DNA from: Lama glama
Taxonomy: Eukaryota
Assembly: GCA_028534125.1 (NCBI GenBank)
Contig: CM052817.1
Coordinates: forward strand, 28,956,001 to 29,020,000
Length of the DNA: 64,000 nt
Direction: 5' to 3'
Below, piece by piece: positions 63,061-64,000 of the stretch. The notes below the pieces were generated by a model. That model was not told where the DNA came from. It worked only from the letters and a program-made list of their open reading frames with translations, and did no database searches. The translations under genes and the position numbers were made by a program. How positions within the stretch are numbered: position 1 is the stretch's first letter; every line of letters begins with the position of its first letter.

Positions 63061-64000
63061 TAATGGATGAATGAGTGGATGGACACACGGAAAACTGTGT
63101 ACACAGGGATGATTAATGCAAAATGATAGCAAGAAAGATTGTGGACTGTGTAAAAACATTAACAAGGAAAGTGACCATCAGATGCCAATTGTTTGGCAAA
63201 TGATCAAAGCAGGGTAAGAGCTGGGCCAGGTGACTTCTTAAAGTCTCTCCTCTGATGCTTTAATAAATAGGTTATTTAAATAAAATAAAGTATGCAGCTA
63301 GGAGTCTATTTCCTTATACAGAATATATTCTAATTATTAAACTTCTTAAAAAACATAGCAGGGCAAAAATATCCAGAGCTGAACTGAGGACAGAGCAAGG
63401 AGTAATGAGGTAATATAAGATCTGACAGCTTCAAACAAAGAGCTGTGCCTACTCTTGATAACCCTGCCTAAAAGACAAAGTGCCTTAAGAGAAGGCAGTT
63501 AAGGATGATTGGCAAGCATTCTATTTAAAGATGGATCATATCTTATGTTCTGCAAACAGCACCACATTCAGAAAGATGGAAACAGCGTCTCTATCAAGAT
63601 GAAACAGGAGAGATGGAGTAAATACAATTATGGCTGAGAGATGTCATGTGTGCTTCCTTTTAGGACTGTTAAATTATTCTACACAGAGGGGGAAAGGATC
63701 CCAAATCCAGCAGGACAATGAAGGATGGACGATGACAGCCTCAGTATTCTCCTTCCAGCAGTGTTGACTACATCCCAGTTGCAGAGGAGAATATTGTTTC
63801 CTTGAGATACACTGTTCACATGCTTCTGTAATAATTATTACAACTCTTCACATTTATTTAATAACCTACTCACTGACAGCTCTTTGTGATGACTTGAGGT
63901 TTTGCTTAAATATCCCTGGGAAGTAGGGAATATCCTTCCCTTTTTGTCATCAGCTATCCAAGATTTACAAGCCACCAGGAAAATTTCATTAAGACTGCAA

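Noticed and set aside
1..64000. CRISPR array, operon or other prokaryote-type system
   Set aside because: Mammalian repeat-rich DNA with no regular repeat-spacer array and no long intact ORFs

Overview
AT-rich, CpG-poor mammalian genomic DNA, intergenic or deep intronic. It is probably camelid (alpaca/llama/camel): there is a Vic-1-type tRNA-derived SINE at ~2250 and camelid-type L1 3' ends, and I saw no Alu, BovB/Bov-tA, PRE1 or Can-SINE. I found no intact protein-coding gene; the ORF track consists of chance ORFs, decayed L1 ORFs and N-gap artefacts. A large part of the window is old interspersed repeats (L1, L2, MIR, MaLR/ERVL/ERV1 LTRs, hAT and Tigger DNA transposons), and there is a 500-N scaffold gap at 33742-34241. 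The most informative feature is absent from the ORF track: a decayed, 5'-truncated processed pseudogene of ERP44 on the minus strand (~30478-30865, C-terminal coding part plus 3'UTR), lying between two diverged ~210-bp direct repeats. Other points of interest are an L1 insertion with a ~59-bp flanking duplication, one LTR16 copy with anomalous CpG retention, two candidate enhancer motif clusters in repeat-poor DNA, and several perfect palindromes. I see no convincing evidence of a new multi-gene biological system. Repeat family names and ERP44 identity come from recalled consensus sequences, and most repeat boundaries are approximate (tens of bp).
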